This document shows, in pieces, positions 19,984-30,592 of a DNA stretch of 64,000 nucleotides (the stretch's first letter is position 1; the number at the start of each line of letters is the position of its first letter). Below the pieces are notes generated by a model, which saw nothing but the letters and a program-made list of their open reading frames with translations, did no database searches and had not been told where the DNA came from. A program made the position numbers and the translations under genes. The stretch covers positions 1-64,000 of the IMG/VR virus record IMGVR_UViG_3300030294_000005; one strand, given 5' to 3'.

Positions 19984-20238
19984 ATGACTGAAGACAAACT
20001 TAATATAGCTAATGATTTAGATAAAAAAATAAAAGATTTGCAGTTGTTTATAAATAAAGCTGAAAATAATTGGACTGGAAAGTTAATACAAAAATCGACA
20101 TATTGTATATTTAAAGTAGAGGCTTATGATTCGTCTATGGAAGCAGAATATTATTTAACCACAGATGAAAAGAATAAAATGATACAGGTTTTAAAAGATC
20201 GTTTAAGAGAATTAAAATTACAATTAGAAAGTTTGTAA
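19984..20238 (+). CDS. Hypothetical protein
   Basis: ORF. Confidence 0.5.
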   Translation: MTEDKLNIANDLDKKIKDLQLFINKAENNWTGKLIQKSTYCIFKVEAYDSSMEAEYYLTTDEKNKMIQVLKDRLRELKLQLESL

Positions 20239-20251
20239 TTTATTTTTTTGT

Positions 20252-20935
20252 TTGAAAGGATGGTTATATATGGAATATGGAAATAATATTTTAATTCCAT
20301 TTGATATGATATATGATATTGATATTGGAATTTTTAAATTAATGAAAAGTAGTTATAAGAATCCAATATATATACATGCAATGATGTTGTGCATATCTAA
20401 TAATAATTTTAAATATTTTATAATAAATTCTAAAACTTATGATCCATTAAATATATTACTAAGAGATGATTGCAAAGGTGAATCTATTGATATATTAAAT
20501 GATTTAATAGAAGAGGATTATGAAAGAATAGTAGAATTATCTGAACCTACAGATATCTTAGGATTGTTATCAGTATATTTAAAGAGTTCATTAGTTAAGA
20601 TCACTATTCTATGTACTACTGAAGAAGAAAGTAATAAAATAAAAAATACTAAGTTATTAGAGAATGCTAAAGTCATTATACAAAAAGATTATTCAAAAAT
20701 AAATATGGATGAATATGATTCTTTATTTATTAAGAAATATACTGAAGTTTTAAGATTCAAAAAGTTACAAGGAAAATCTATATTCATTGGGAATTATAAA
20801 TTTAATCAAGATGAAGAAAATACAACTAAATCTATTTATCCGCTAAAAGATATATCAATGCTAGTAGGAGACACTAATAGATTATATTTTATAGACTTAT
20901 ACACAACTGATGATACATATCCTATATATGGATAA
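20252..20935 (+). CDS. Conserved hypothetical protein (likely start 20270)
   Basis: AAGGATGG RBS before ATG 20270. Confidence 0.55.
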   Translation: MKGWLYMEYGNNILIPFDMIYDIDIGIFKLMKSSYKNPIYIHAMMLCISNNNFKYFIINSKTYDPLNILLRDDCKGESIDILNDLIEEDYERIVELSEPTDILGLLSVYLKSSLVKITILCTTEEESNKIKNTKLLENAKVIIQKDYSKINMDEYDSLFIKKYTEVLRFKKLQGKSIFIGNYKFNQDEENTTKSIYPLKDISMLVGDTNRLYFIDLYTTDDTYPIYG

Positions 20936-20970
20936 TATTATAAATAAATTTTAATTGGAGAGTGTTATAA

Positions 20971-22674
20971 ATGATAATATCAAACGTAGTAGCAAAAACA
21001 AAACTAAGACAAGTCCAATCTGAAACTTTAAGATTGATAAAAGAATATTTAATTACATCTTTTGGGCCAATGGCTTCTAATTCTATAATTGTTAAAGCTA
21101 CAGGTAATGCAGATGTAGTAACCCACTATTCTAAAGATGGACATACTATACTAAAAAGTATATTATTTAATGGTATAGTTGAACGAGCTGTTAGAGGAGA
21201 TTTAGAAGATTTGACTAGATATATAGTTAAAGAAGTTGGAGATGGAACAACATCTGCTATTGTATTATCATCATTAATATTTGATGAATTAATAAAAATG
21301 GAAACATCTGATTCACCATATGAAATTGTAAGAAATTTTAAAGAATGTACTGAACAAATTAAAAAAAATATTAAAAAAGAAGCACAAGTATTCGATATTG
21401 AAGCAGCATATAAAATAGCATTAATATCTACAAATGGAAATGAAACAGTTGCTGCTAATATTAAAAATATATATAAAGAATATGGTAATGATGTATTTAT
21501 TGATGTATCAACTTCTACCACAGATAAGACATATTTAAAATCATATGATGGTATGACATTAGAAAATGGATATAGTGATACAGCATTCATAAACAATTCT
21601 AAAAAAGGTGTAGCATCATTAAGAAATCCAAGAATATATGCATTTGAAGATCCTATTGATACTCCAGAAATGATAGCATTATTTAATTCTATTATAGAGC
21701 AGAATATTGTGACTCCATATGGTTCTACAGATGTAGAAGGTGCAGGGCCAATTCCTACAGTTATATTAGCACCTATGATATCTAAAGATTTAACTTCTTA
21801 TATGGATCAATTAGTTCAATTTATGTATAGATTTAAAGATGAAAATACAAGACCACCATTTTTATTAATATCAAACATCTATCAAAAAGAGCAATTTGTT
21901 GATGTTTGTAGATTATGCGGATGTAAAATGATAAAGAAATATATAAATCCAGATCAACAAGCTATTGATGTTGAAAAAGGATTAGCTCCTACATTAGATA
22001 CTATTGTTGATTTTTATGGACAAGCTGATGTTGTTGAGTCTGATGTTGTTAAAACTAAATTTATAAATCCAATGTTAATGCATGATAAGAGTAGTGGAGA
22101 ATTATCTCAAACATTTACTACATTGGTAAGTTTTTTAGAAAGTGAATTAAAGAAATCTCATGAAGAAGGACAAGATAATAAAGTAATAGGAACTTTGAAA
22201 AGAAGAATACATTCTTTAAAAGCTAATATGGTAGAATATCTTGTTGGTGGAGTTTCTACAACAGATAGAGATAGTGTTAGAGATTTAGTTGAAGATGCAG
22301 TATTAAATTGCAGATCAGCTGCTAAAAATGGTGTTGGTAGAGGTGCAAATTTTGAAGGATTAATTGCAACACAATATCTAAAAGATCAATATTATGATGA
22401 TAAAATATATGATTTAATATTTAATTCTTATGAAGAATTAGTTCGTATTTTATATAGAACTAAATATAGTGAAAAAGATACTGAAGTTAAATTAGCAACT
22501 GGTCTTAGAAATGGAATACCAATAAATTTAAGAACAGACATGTTTGAAAAAGATGTATTATGCTCAATAGATACAGATATAGTTATACTGGAAACCATAT
22601 CTAAAATAATAACTTTAATGTTTACATCTAATCAGTTTATTTGCCCAAGTCCAGCAGATAACCAATATCTATAA
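20971..22674 (+). CDS. groEL: Phage GroEL-like chaperonin
   Basis: KDGHTIL, VGDGTTSA (ATP-binding), SYDGMTL and EDAVLNCRSAAKNGV motifs. Confidence 0.85.
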   Translation: MIISNVVAKTKLRQVQSETLRLIKEYLITSFGPMASNSIIVKATGNADVVTHYSKDGHTILKSILFNGIVERAVRGDLEDLTRYIVKEVGDGTTSAIVLSSLIFDELIKMETSDSPYEIVRNFKECTEQIKKNIKKEAQVFDIEAAYKIALISTNGNETVAANIKNIYKEYGNDVFIDVSTSTTDKTYLKSYDGMTLENGYSDTAFINNSKKGVASLRNPRIYAFEDPIDTPEMIALFNSIIEQNIVTPYGSTDVEGAGPIPTVILAPMISKDLTSYMDQLVQFMYRFKDENTRPPFLLISNIYQKEQFVDVCRLCGCKMIKKYINPDQQAIDVEKGLAPTLDTIVDFYGQADVVESDVVKTKFINPMLMHDKSSGELSQTFTTLVSFLESELKKSHEEGQDNKVIGTLKRRIHSLKANMVEYLVGGVSTTDRDSVRDLVEDAVLNCRSAAKNGVGRGANFEGLIATQYLKDQYYDDKIYDLIFNSYEELVRILYRTKYSEKDTEVKLATGLRNGIPINLRTDMFEKDVLCSIDTDIVILETISKIITLMFTSNQFICPSPADNQYL

Positions 22675-22796
22675 ATAAATTATAAGTTATAAGGAAAGCA
22701 GCTTTTGCTTTCCTTATATTTTATTTATAAATACATAAAAGTATATTTTAATTTAACTAATAACTATTCAATAATGAATTCCTAGGGGGTTTTAGT

Positions 22797-23624
22797 ATGG
22801 AAATTACATTAGATCAATACATTGTTAATCCAATGGGTATCAAGAACTCTGTTTATTCAAATAAAGAAATGTATAGACAGTTATATGTAGAAAAACTTGA
22901 TAAAATATTAGTTAGAGAGGTTGGTAACGTAAAGTATTCCCTATTCTATGATAAAGATGGATCTTATTATATATTAATGAAAATTCCGTCAGAAGTATTA
23001 AAAGATTTTTATTATGACACAGTTATAATGTTTTATACTAATGATGAGACAATAAGATTACAAAGAACATTAAAAAATTATTTTGTTAAATTCTATTCAA
23101 ATGATCCATCATTTGTATATACCTTTGCACATGCTATGCTAAAGAATGATTTATTTATAAGAGATTTAGTACCTAGGATGTCCAAAGAAGCAGTCCAAAA
23201 AGTAGCAGCTCAAAAAAATCCAAAGAGTGAAGTAGGATACGTTAAATCATTATATTTTGAATATCTTTTAATAACTAATTATAATCTTTTGCAAAAAATT
23301 AAATTTGAATCAGAAGGTAAACCTTATGATAAGAAATCATTTTTAGCATTAATTACTCATGCTGATATTAAAGTACAAGATAGACAAGTTAAAGGTGAAG
23401 AGCTAGGAAAACAGAAAAGACTAGAAAAAGAAAAAGCTAAAAGAGATAAAATTCATAATGATAATTTTAATAGAACTGTTAGTCATCGTATTAACGGCCC
23501 TAATACTAATAATGACTTAATGATAAAGAAAACAAGAACAACATCTATAATTGGTAGATCAACTATTGATCATAATATATCAATAAAGAAAACAAAAATA
23601 ACGTCTAAGATAAAGAATAAATAA
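22797..23624 (+). CDS. Conserved hypothetical protein between the chaperonin and the sigma-like gene
   Basis: ORF; basic C-terminal tail. Confidence 0.6.
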   Translation: MEITLDQYIVNPMGIKNSVYSNKEMYRQLYVEKLDKILVREVGNVKYSLFYDKDGSYYILMKIPSEVLKDFYYDTVIMFYTNDETIRLQRTLKNYFVKFYSNDPSFVYTFAHAMLKNDLFIRDLVPRMSKEAVQKVAAQKNPKSEVGYVKSLYFEYLLITNYNLLQKIKFESEGKPYDKKSFLALITHADIKVQDRQVKGEELGKQKRLEKEKAKRDKIHNDNFNRTVSHRINGPNTNNDLMIKKTRTTSIIGRSTIDHNISIKKTKITSKIKNK

Positions 23625-23680
23625 TCATATATTATATAAATGTATAAAATATTCTTTATGGGAAGAAGGGGTTACACACT

Positions 23681-24607
23681 ATGAAAATTATTAAGTTTGT
23701 AGAAAGGGAATTCGTTACTGTAGATGATTGGGTTCCTGAGCCAGAGGATAAGATTTTTAGACACACTAAAGATTTTGTTATTTTACCAGTATCTAAGTAT
23801 TATAATATAGATAATGATGCATTAGATTATTTTAATATTTCTAAGAAAAGATGTTATAATGAGTATAAGATGAGAGAGCATATAACCCATTATATAAATT
23901 ATTTTCTAAAATTTTATGATACTCAACAAGAACTATTCTATATATATTCTAATTTAAAGTATTTAATAAGTTTAGATGAGTATGATAAGAAAGCATTCTT
24001 TTATGATTTAGACAAATATGTATTCTCATTGTCTATGAAAATAAAGATAAATCAAATGAATAGAGATAATTATTCTCTATCTCTTAAATATAAAAATAAG
24101 AAAGATCCATGTCTACAGTATACAAACAAACATGGATATATAATGATGGAAATGAGTTTGATGATGAATTTAATAATTCCATTGCTTACTCATTTTATAT
24201 ATACTAAAAAAATTAATGATTCTAATAAATTTTTATTAGAAGCGTTTGATTTAATTATAAGCAAATTTGGAATGGACTTATACAGTAAACTATATGAAAC
24301 ATCACTTACTAATATAAATAAGAATAAAGATAAAAATCCAATATGGAATAAACAAGATATCAGAGGTATAAATACAACCACACATGCAATTGATTCTGTA
24401 GAAAATATTATTTTACAAATAATGCCAAAATATGAATATTGCCAAAATATAATAGTATTTAATTATCAGGCAATAAAAAATAATATAGGATATAGAGTTA
24501 CTACAAGTGGTTATGAATTTACATTTATTCCATTGTCATCATCTAAGAGGGATGAGGATATGAATAGTGAATTTGATAAATTTGAATCCTATTTAACTAA
24601 GGCGGAT
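23681..24607 (+). CDS. Exon 1 of probable non-virion RNAP promoter-specificity (sigma-like, AR9 gp226/phiKZ gp68-type) subunit
   Basis: Splicing 24607^25197 gives ...YLTKAD|ESLYLQNK..., 495 aa; size and position two genes from the chaperonin match AR9 (gp226/gp228). Confidence 0.6.
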
Positions 24608-25196
24608 TTTAAGTAGTCCCATTAATGTAGTAACACATTAATGAAAACTCTTTGAATTGCTGGAATACTCTAATAGCTTAATTAACTACAACGTGATCTG
24701 TAAAGATGAGCGTGAATGTGATCGAAAGATAGAAAAAATAATTAAGATGAGGTATGATGATAGTAAATCTAACCCTTGATAACAATGAGTAACCGTAGCA
24801 GCGAAGTATATTTAATAATACATCCATATAGTAAATTTAATATCTAAAAGGAATAAAAATATGATAGCAATAAAAAATAGAGCTAGATTTACTGCTATAT
24901 CTAAAGATTATAATTTTTAATATTATTAAATATAAACGTTCAACGACTATCGAAAACTAATATACTAGTAAAGTCTAGTTAAAAATAAGGTATAGAAATA
25001 TACACGAAGTGAGTAGAGTACAGCCCAAGTGGGTAGATGCATTTTAGCCAATATAAGACATCTTTAAATGGAAGTGAAGAGTATCCTACTTATATATTAA
25101 ATATAAGGGATAATGATATAGTCTAGTCTTCTAGGGAAATCCTAGAGAAGTTCATAAGAGAACTGCATTAGAGTTGCGATCTAGTGTGAATATTCG
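24608..25196 (+). ncRNA. Group I intron, 589 nt, no endonuclease ORF
   Basis: 5' U.G P1 (GGAT/GTCC); P GAATTGCTGGAA 24654; Q TAGCAGCGAAG 24796; R GTTCAACGACTA 24938; S GATATAGTCT 25115; terminal G 25196 restores the frame. Confidence 0.9.
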
Positions 25197-25757
25197 GAAA
25201 GTCTGTATTTACAAAATAAAGTAAATTGTCAAGAAACAATGAATAAGATAACTAATCATTTTGGCCCATTTGATCAAAAAGAAATAGATTTCTATATGGG
25301 ACAATTAACACAAGATGGAAAAACAATAATAAATGATTTCCAAAAGAATTTAATATTTAATCTATTCTATAAATATTTTGGAGACTCTGTTAGTATAAAA
25401 GCTATTAATAAAGAAGACTATGTTAAATTAATGATAACAGCTAAAAGAATTTTATCATCTAATAATATGGTAATATTACCCTATATAGTCAGCGGTAGAG
25501 TTAATAGACTTCCACAAAGAAAAAATATAAATAAAAAAGAATTAAATAAAATACAGAGTTCGCCATATTTTGATTACATTACTAAGAAATATAACAATCC
25601 TAAGATAGAGAAGTATATATTCTCTGTGATAGCAACGATATTGGTATCTGATTTTCAAATAATTGATTATTATGATAAAGAACTTAATGGTAAGCATATA
25701 GAAATGATACCAGATATAGTATGTGAAGAAATTCTTATGTATATAATGAGTATATAG
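25197..25757 (+). CDS. Exon 2 of the sigma-like RNAP subunit
   Basis: In frame from GAA 25197 through ATG 25239 to stop. Confidence 0.8.
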   Translation, partial: ESLYLQNKVNCQETMNKITNHFGPFDQKEIDFYMGQLTQDGKTIINDFQKNLIFNLFYKYFGDSVSIKAINKEDYVKLMITAKRILSSNNMVILPYIVSGRVNRLPQRKNINKKELNKIQSSPYFDYITKKYNNPKIEKYIFSVIATILVSDFQIIDYYDKELNGKHIEMIPDIVCEEILMYIMSI

Positions 25758-25856
25758 CCTTATTGCGAGAGTATAGGTATTTATTAATTTAATTACTCAT
25801 CCAGATAGGACAACCTATCTGGATATTTTTTATTAAGAAAGGATGATAGTGATTAT

Positions 25857-26159
25857 ATGAAAAAATTAATAATAGCAATACTATTATTAATACTAGTATT
25901 TTTTGGAGGTTATGAAGGATACTTTATTTATAGTAGATATCAAGAAAATAATTGTAGTATTAAGATTGAAACAGTTTCTGCACAAATAATTAATAGACAG
26001 CAACCTGATAAAGTTACTATAGAATATAAGGATACTATAGTTATAATTAATAATAAAGAACTATATAATCAAGACATTCATCTAATGGTAAAAATGAAAT
26101 TAAAAACATATACTCAACCTAACAAAGAAGTATATAAAAAAGAACTATCTATAAATTAA
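25857..26159 (+). CDS. Small secreted or membrane-anchored protein
   Basis: MKK plus hydrophobic N-terminus. Confidence 0.6.
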   Translation: MKKLIIAILLLILVFFGGYEGYFIYSRYQENNCSIKIETVSAQIINRQQPDKVTIEYKDTIVIINNKELYNQDIHLMVKMKLKTYTQPNKEVYKKELSIN

Positions 26160-26182
26160 TTATAAGAAAGGATGATAGAAAA

Positions 26183-26380
26183 ATGCATATGCTAAGTAAT
26201 GAGGGAATTATAAAGATTGAGAAAAAATCATTTATTAAAAGATTATTTTGTAAACACCTTGATATTATTACTGGAGAAAGTTGTAGTTCAATGGGACTTA
26301 TGCGTATCTCTGGACAAGATATTATTACAGCTTGTAAAAAATGTGGAACGATTATAAATCGTCAATCTACAAATTATTAG
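26183..26380 (+). CDS. Small putative Zn-binding protein
   Basis: LFCKH...CKKCG motif. Confidence 0.55.
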   Translation: MHMLSNEGIIKIEKKSFIKRLFCKHLDIITGESCSSMGLMRISGQDIITACKKCGTIINRQSTNY

Positions 26381-26397
26381 ATAGGAGGATATATTAA

Positions 26398-26700
26398 ATG
26401 GATATAGTAATAAAATTTAATGATAAAAAAATAGGGGTTAAAGATGTAATACAAGTTAAACCTGAGGAAATAGAAGAGTTATTAACTAAAATAATAGATG
26501 AGTTGGTAACTGAATATACAAAAGGCGATTACGAAATACATGATTTATTAAATTCAATATGTATTAATGATCTATCTATATCTGATGTAACTACTATTTA
26601 TGCTAGATTATATCATATAATAGAAAGTGATACAATTTTAAGAAAATATTGTGAAGGAGGATATGTAAACGTAGCTACTAATACTATATATCCTAGATAA
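26398..26700 (+). CDS. Hypothetical protein
   Basis: AGGAGG RBS. Confidence 0.6.
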   Translation: MDIVIKFNDKKIGVKDVIQVKPEEIEELLTKIIDELVTEYTKGDYEIHDLLNSICINDLSISDVTTIYARLYHIIESDTILRKYCEGGYVNVATNTIYPR

Positions 26701-26718
26701 AGAAAAGAAGGTGCCTGA

Positions 26719-27762
26719 GTGGATATCTCTAGTAGATTAAAAGAAGTATTATTACAGATTCCTTCAGCTAGATTAGCAGCTGGAGGACATGAAGTTATTA
26801 TGATTTGTCCATATTGTGGCGGATCTAAAACAGATAAAAATGCAAGAAAGTTTTATGTAAGTTTACCAACAGATGATACTCCAAGCCTATTTCATTGTTA
26901 TTATGTTAACTGCCTTGTTGGGGGAGTTACGACTAAAGATAAATTATTAGAATGGGGTGTATATGATCAAGAAACTGCAATAGAATTAACTAAATATAAT
27001 AAGTATTCACTATCTTTAGATAAAAATAAAAAATTTAAAGATAGTGAAGTATATAAATTAGATAATAGATTTGTTTCAGATAATCAATTATCGCAGACTA
27101 AATTAAAATATATAAATAATAGATTGGGAATAAATCTATCTTATAATGATTTATTAGATAAGAAGATTGTATTAAACTTAAGAGATTTATTAGATTCTAA
27201 TAATATATCAGAATATACAAGAGATGTTAGAATTGTAAATGAGTTAGATCAATCTTTTATTGGATTTATATCTCAAGATAATGCGTTTGTAAATCTAAAG
27301 AATTTAAGACCTGGTAAAGTATATAAGTCAATAGATACAAGATTTGTTAATTATAATATATTTGGTAAGATAGATAACACACAAATGTATTATACTATAC
27401 CAACACAGATAGATTTAGCAAATCCTAATAGAATAAAGGTGCATGTAGCAGAAGGTGGTTATGATATATTATCAATATATTATAACATGTATCCTAATCA
27501 TGAGCATTCAATCTATTCTGCTATACTAGGTGGAGGATACCTAGGAATATGCAAACATTTTATTCATACAATGAAATTGATAAATATTGAATTTCATATT
27601 TTTATTGATAATGATGTTGATGATTATATTATATATACTATAAATGAATATTTAAAAGTATATAACATACCATTATATCTTCATAAAAATATGTATCCAA
27701 AAGAAAAAGATTTTGGAGTTAGAATTACCAATATAAAAGAGCAAATATCTTTAATAAGATGA
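26719..27762 (+). CDS. DNA primase (Zn finger plus TOPRIM)
   Basis: CPYCG...FHCY..NC zinc finger; VAEGGYD and FIDND TOPRIM acidic motifs. Confidence 0.8.
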   Translation: MDISSRLKEVLLQIPSARLAAGGHEVIMICPYCGGSKTDKNARKFYVSLPTDDTPSLFHCYYVNCLVGGVTTKDKLLEWGVYDQETAIELTKYNKYSLSLDKNKKFKDSEVYKLDNRFVSDNQLSQTKLKYINNRLGINLSYNDLLDKKIVLNLRDLLDSNNISEYTRDVRIVNELDQSFIGFISQDNAFVNLKNLRPGKVYKSIDTRFVNYNIFGKIDNTQMYYTIPTQIDLANPNRIKVHVAEGGYDILSIYYNMYPNHEHSIYSAILGGGYLGICKHFIHTMKLINIEFHIFIDNDVDDYIIYTINEYLKVYNIPLYLHKNMYPKEKDFGVRITNIKEQISLIR

Positions 27763-27835
27763 TAACTTAATGTCATTAAAATATATAAGAGTTAATTCTC
27801 TTATATATTTTTATTTTTTATGTACTAATAACATT

Positions 27836-27847
27836 AACAATTAAATA
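27836..27847 (+). promoter_or_regulatory. Late promoter AACA-N6-TA
   Basis: AACA-ATTAAA-TA. Confidence 0.55.
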
Positions 27848-27865
27848 AGAAGGAGATGATATTAT

Positions 27866-29089
27866 ATGAGTAGTAAGTTTACGAATACAAAAAGAATGGA
27901 CACAATATCATCATTAGTAGATGGTATTAAAACTAGATTGAATAATCCATACTATATAAATACAGATCAGAAACCAACTGTAACAACTTATTATAATCAA
28001 GATATAAAAAAGTCAACATTAGACGAAGGCTCTAAAACAACCTATTCTAATATAGGAGAAAATAGTTCTATAAAGCTTAATAAAATAAACAATATGTTTA
28101 TATATGGAATAAGTAAAATAAGTATTAATTTAGGAAATGGAGATTTTGGATTAGAGTCAGATCCTATAGAAGGTGAAGGCACTATACTACCTAATACTAT
28201 TATACCATATCCAAATGATTATTTTTCTATAAACTATATAGAGAGAAATCTATTATTCAAAGTAACTTCTGTGTCATTTGATACTATAGAAAATGGTTCT
28301 AACTTATATAAAATTGAATATAAATTAGATCAAGTAACAGATGATAATATAAAGAATCAAATAGTAAATGAATTTGATTTTATAGTAGATAATACTGGAA
28401 CTGTATTCAATCCTATAATTAAAAGTACAGATTTTAAAATAATAAAAGAATTAGAGGATGTAGTTCAAAGATTAATTAAATATTATAAAGACTTATTTTT
28501 TAATTCAAGAGTACAAGCTTTCACATTTACTTATAATAACAGTTATTTCTATGATCCTTATATGATAGAGTTTATTATACGTAATAGATTATTGGATAAG
28601 GATGATGATAATTTTCTATATGTAACTCATCAAACAATAATTACTAGTACTTTTTCTATAGATTATGATAAAACATTCTTTAGATATGTAGAAGTAAATG
28701 ATAGAAATGGATTTACTCCTAAGATATCATCACAAGCTATAGTAATAGATAATCCATTATCAATGTTATCATCAAGATTAGAAGATTACTTTGAGATACA
28801 ATATACTTATCCACAGAACTTAGTAAGAGAAACTATCTCAAATTATAGTATAGATTTGCTTAATAAAATTAAATCAAATAAAAAATATGATATATTAGAT
28901 GATAATAATTATTTAAATATATTTATAAAATATTTTAATAATGAGGATCTATTAATTGATGATATAAAATATTTAAACAAAGTAGATTACAAATCTAGTA
29001 TACAATTATTCTATAATATACCTATTATAATTTATATAATTAATAAACAAATAGAAAGATTGTTGCTGAAAAACCAAGATATTGATTAA
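27866..29089 (+). CDS. Conserved virion structural protein (possible head-closure/neck)
   Basis: Late promoter; beta-barrel-like ILPNTI.P.PNDYF...LFKVTSV segment. Confidence 0.45.
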   Translation: MSSKFTNTKRMDTISSLVDGIKTRLNNPYYINTDQKPTVTTYYNQDIKKSTLDEGSKTTYSNIGENSSIKLNKINNMFIYGISKISINLGNGDFGLESDPIEGEGTILPNTIIPYPNDYFSINYIERNLLFKVTSVSFDTIENGSNLYKIEYKLDQVTDDNIKNQIVNEFDFIVDNTGTVFNPIIKSTDFKIIKELEDVVQRLIKYYKDLFFNSRVQAFTFTYNNSYFYDPYMIEFIIRNRLLDKDDDNFLYVTHQTIITSTFSIDYDKTFFRYVEVNDRNGFTPKISSQAIVIDNPLSMLSSRLEDYFEIQYTYPQNLVRETISNYSIDLLNKIKSNKKYDILDDNNYLNIFIKYFNNEDLLIDDIKYLNKVDYKSSIQLFYNIPIIIYIINKQIERLLLKNQDID

Positions 29090-29129
29090 TTAAAATAATT
29101 TTTATGTAATTATTGATTTATAAATAGTT

Positions 29130-29141
29130 AACAAGTATGTA
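29130..29141 (+). promoter_or_regulatory. Late promoter AACA-N6-TA
   Basis: AACA-AGTATG-TA. Confidence 0.55.
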
Positions 29142-29171
29142 ATAAGAATTTATGAAAGGAGTGATACCTGA

Positions 29172-29342
29172 ATGAACGAGTTACTAAGCAGTTTAGATGG
29201 TATATTATTTTTAGAAACAGCTACAGAATTGCAAGAAGAAGCTGAAGATGCAGATTTCAATTTTATAGATAGTATGATGCTAGATAGCGATGATAGTGAT
29301 TTTACAGAAGAAGATGATGAGGAGGAAAGTCCATATGTATAA
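29172..29342 (+). CDS. 56-aa highly acidic peptide (missed by the ORF track)
   Basis: AAAGGAG RBS; MNELLSSLDGILFLETATELQEEAEDADF...EEESPYV*. Confidence 0.6.
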   Translation: MNELLSSLDGILFLETATELQEEAEDADFNFIDSMMLDSDDSDFTEEDDEEESPYV

Positions 29343-29904
29343 AATAGTTAATATTAAACCAAGTGGTCCAGTTTATTCTTTACGAGTACCAATTATATCT
29401 CCAGTAATGGGTGTCCAAATGAGTGTTGGTGATATATTAAGATGTATCCATTCTAGAGCGGCTGTAACAGAAATACTTCCTAATGGTGAAAAAATTGCAT
29501 TGAATTTATCTAATTATGATAAAGATAATTCTAAAGAAGTAGTTCCTGTTGAAGTAAAAGAATTAGAGATAACTGTACTTGATAAAGAACCAGTTCAGAT
29601 AAAAAAAGAAGATCCTATTAAACATAAGATTAAAAAAGAAGTGCCTGTTGAAAGTATAGAAGATTTGAAAGCAAAGATACAAGATAAAGTTCAAGAAATA
29701 CCTAAAAAAGAAATAGTTCCTGAACCTATTAAAAAAGAAATAGTTCCTGAAATTATAGAAGATTTAAAGGTAGAAACTAAAGAACCTGAACAAATAGTAG
29801 TTACTACTGTTGAAAATACATCTAAAGAAGATGTAAAATCTATAGATTCAGATCCAGCTTATTTCAAAGAAGTTGAAAAGCAAAAAGAAAAAATAAAAAA
29901 ATAA
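29335..29904 (+). CDS. Hypothetical protein with E/K/P-rich repetitive tail
   Basis: GAGGAGG RBS before ATG 29335; KKEIVPE repeated. Confidence 0.6.
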   Translation: MYKIVNIKPSGPVYSLRVPIISPVMGVQMSVGDILRCIHSRAAVTEILPNGEKIALNLSNYDKDNSKEVVPVEVKELEITVLDKEPVQIKKEDPIKHKIKKEVPVESIEDLKAKIQDKVQEIPKKEIVPEPIKKEIVPEIIEDLKVETKEPEQIVVTTVENTSKEDVKSIDSDPAYFKEVEKQKEKIKK

Positions 29905-30085
29905 AATATAAAAACTCAGAAGATAGCAATTGCTATCTTCTGAATTATTTATCATTATTAATATCATCATATCACCTTTAATTAATCTTCAGTGCCTATA
30001 GTCATATTATCATCCATCGTTATCACCACCTTAAGTGGCGATATAATGCTATATCATAATGTCATCAATTTGTATAATTGATTAA

Positions 30086-30529
30086 TTAAAATATAGCATT
30101 CAAATGGGATAATTTTGATATAGTAGAACCAGAAAATACTACTATTTTCTTACTAAGTATTATTTTTTTACATACATTATCTTTAGTAATGAGTTTGCAC
30201 TCTTCAATATAAGCTATACAATTCGAATCTATCTCTGATACAAAGTAATTAGTTTCAATAAACCCATCTAGTGATTTTACTACTGCATTATCTTTATATT
30301 TAATTTTACCAAATAGTGGTGTAACTGATTTTTTAATGATAGTATCCATTTTCTTTGATTCAAATTTATACATTGATAATTCTTTTTCAATGTAATTAAT
30401 ATCTGTTTCGAATGTTAATGGACATTCCTCATCATTTAGAATCTCACGAATAAAGTTGATTTTATCCTCCGTAAAATCATCGCTCTTACCTTTTACCATC
30501 TTTAATCTTTTGATAGTTGTTTTTTCCAT
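30086..30529 (-). CDS. Hypothetical protein
   Basis: AAGGAG RBS and early promoter upstream. Confidence 0.6.
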   Translation of the reverse strand: MEKTTIKRLKMVKGKSDDFTEDKINFIREILNDEECPLTFETDINYIEKELSMYKFESKKMDTIIKKSVTPLFGKIKYKDNAVVKSLDGFIETNYFVSEIDSNCIAYIEECKLITKDNVCKKIILSKKIVVFSGSTISKLSHLNAIF

Positions 30530-30592
30530 TACTGCATCGCTCTCCTTCGTAATTTTGTTAAATCAATATTGCTACAATTATATAATATATGT

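Noticed and set aside
20252-20935. HAD-like dTMP phosphatase supporting U-DNA
   Set aside because: FDMIYDID only loosely resembles DxDxT, and other HAD motifs are not recognisable.
24608-24616. Separate 311-aa and 172-aa genes at 23681 and 25239
   Set aside because: They are two exons of one gene joined by a canonical group I intron.
4785-27762. Inteins in the helicase, chaperonin or primase
   Set aside because: Lengths are normal and no C...HN|C/S/T splice motifs were seen.
29960-30085. GC-richer hairpin TATCACCAC-cttaa-GTGGCGATA in a gap between convergent genes, as a possible ncRNA
   Set aside because: Explained adequately as a terminator region; no promoter or family features.
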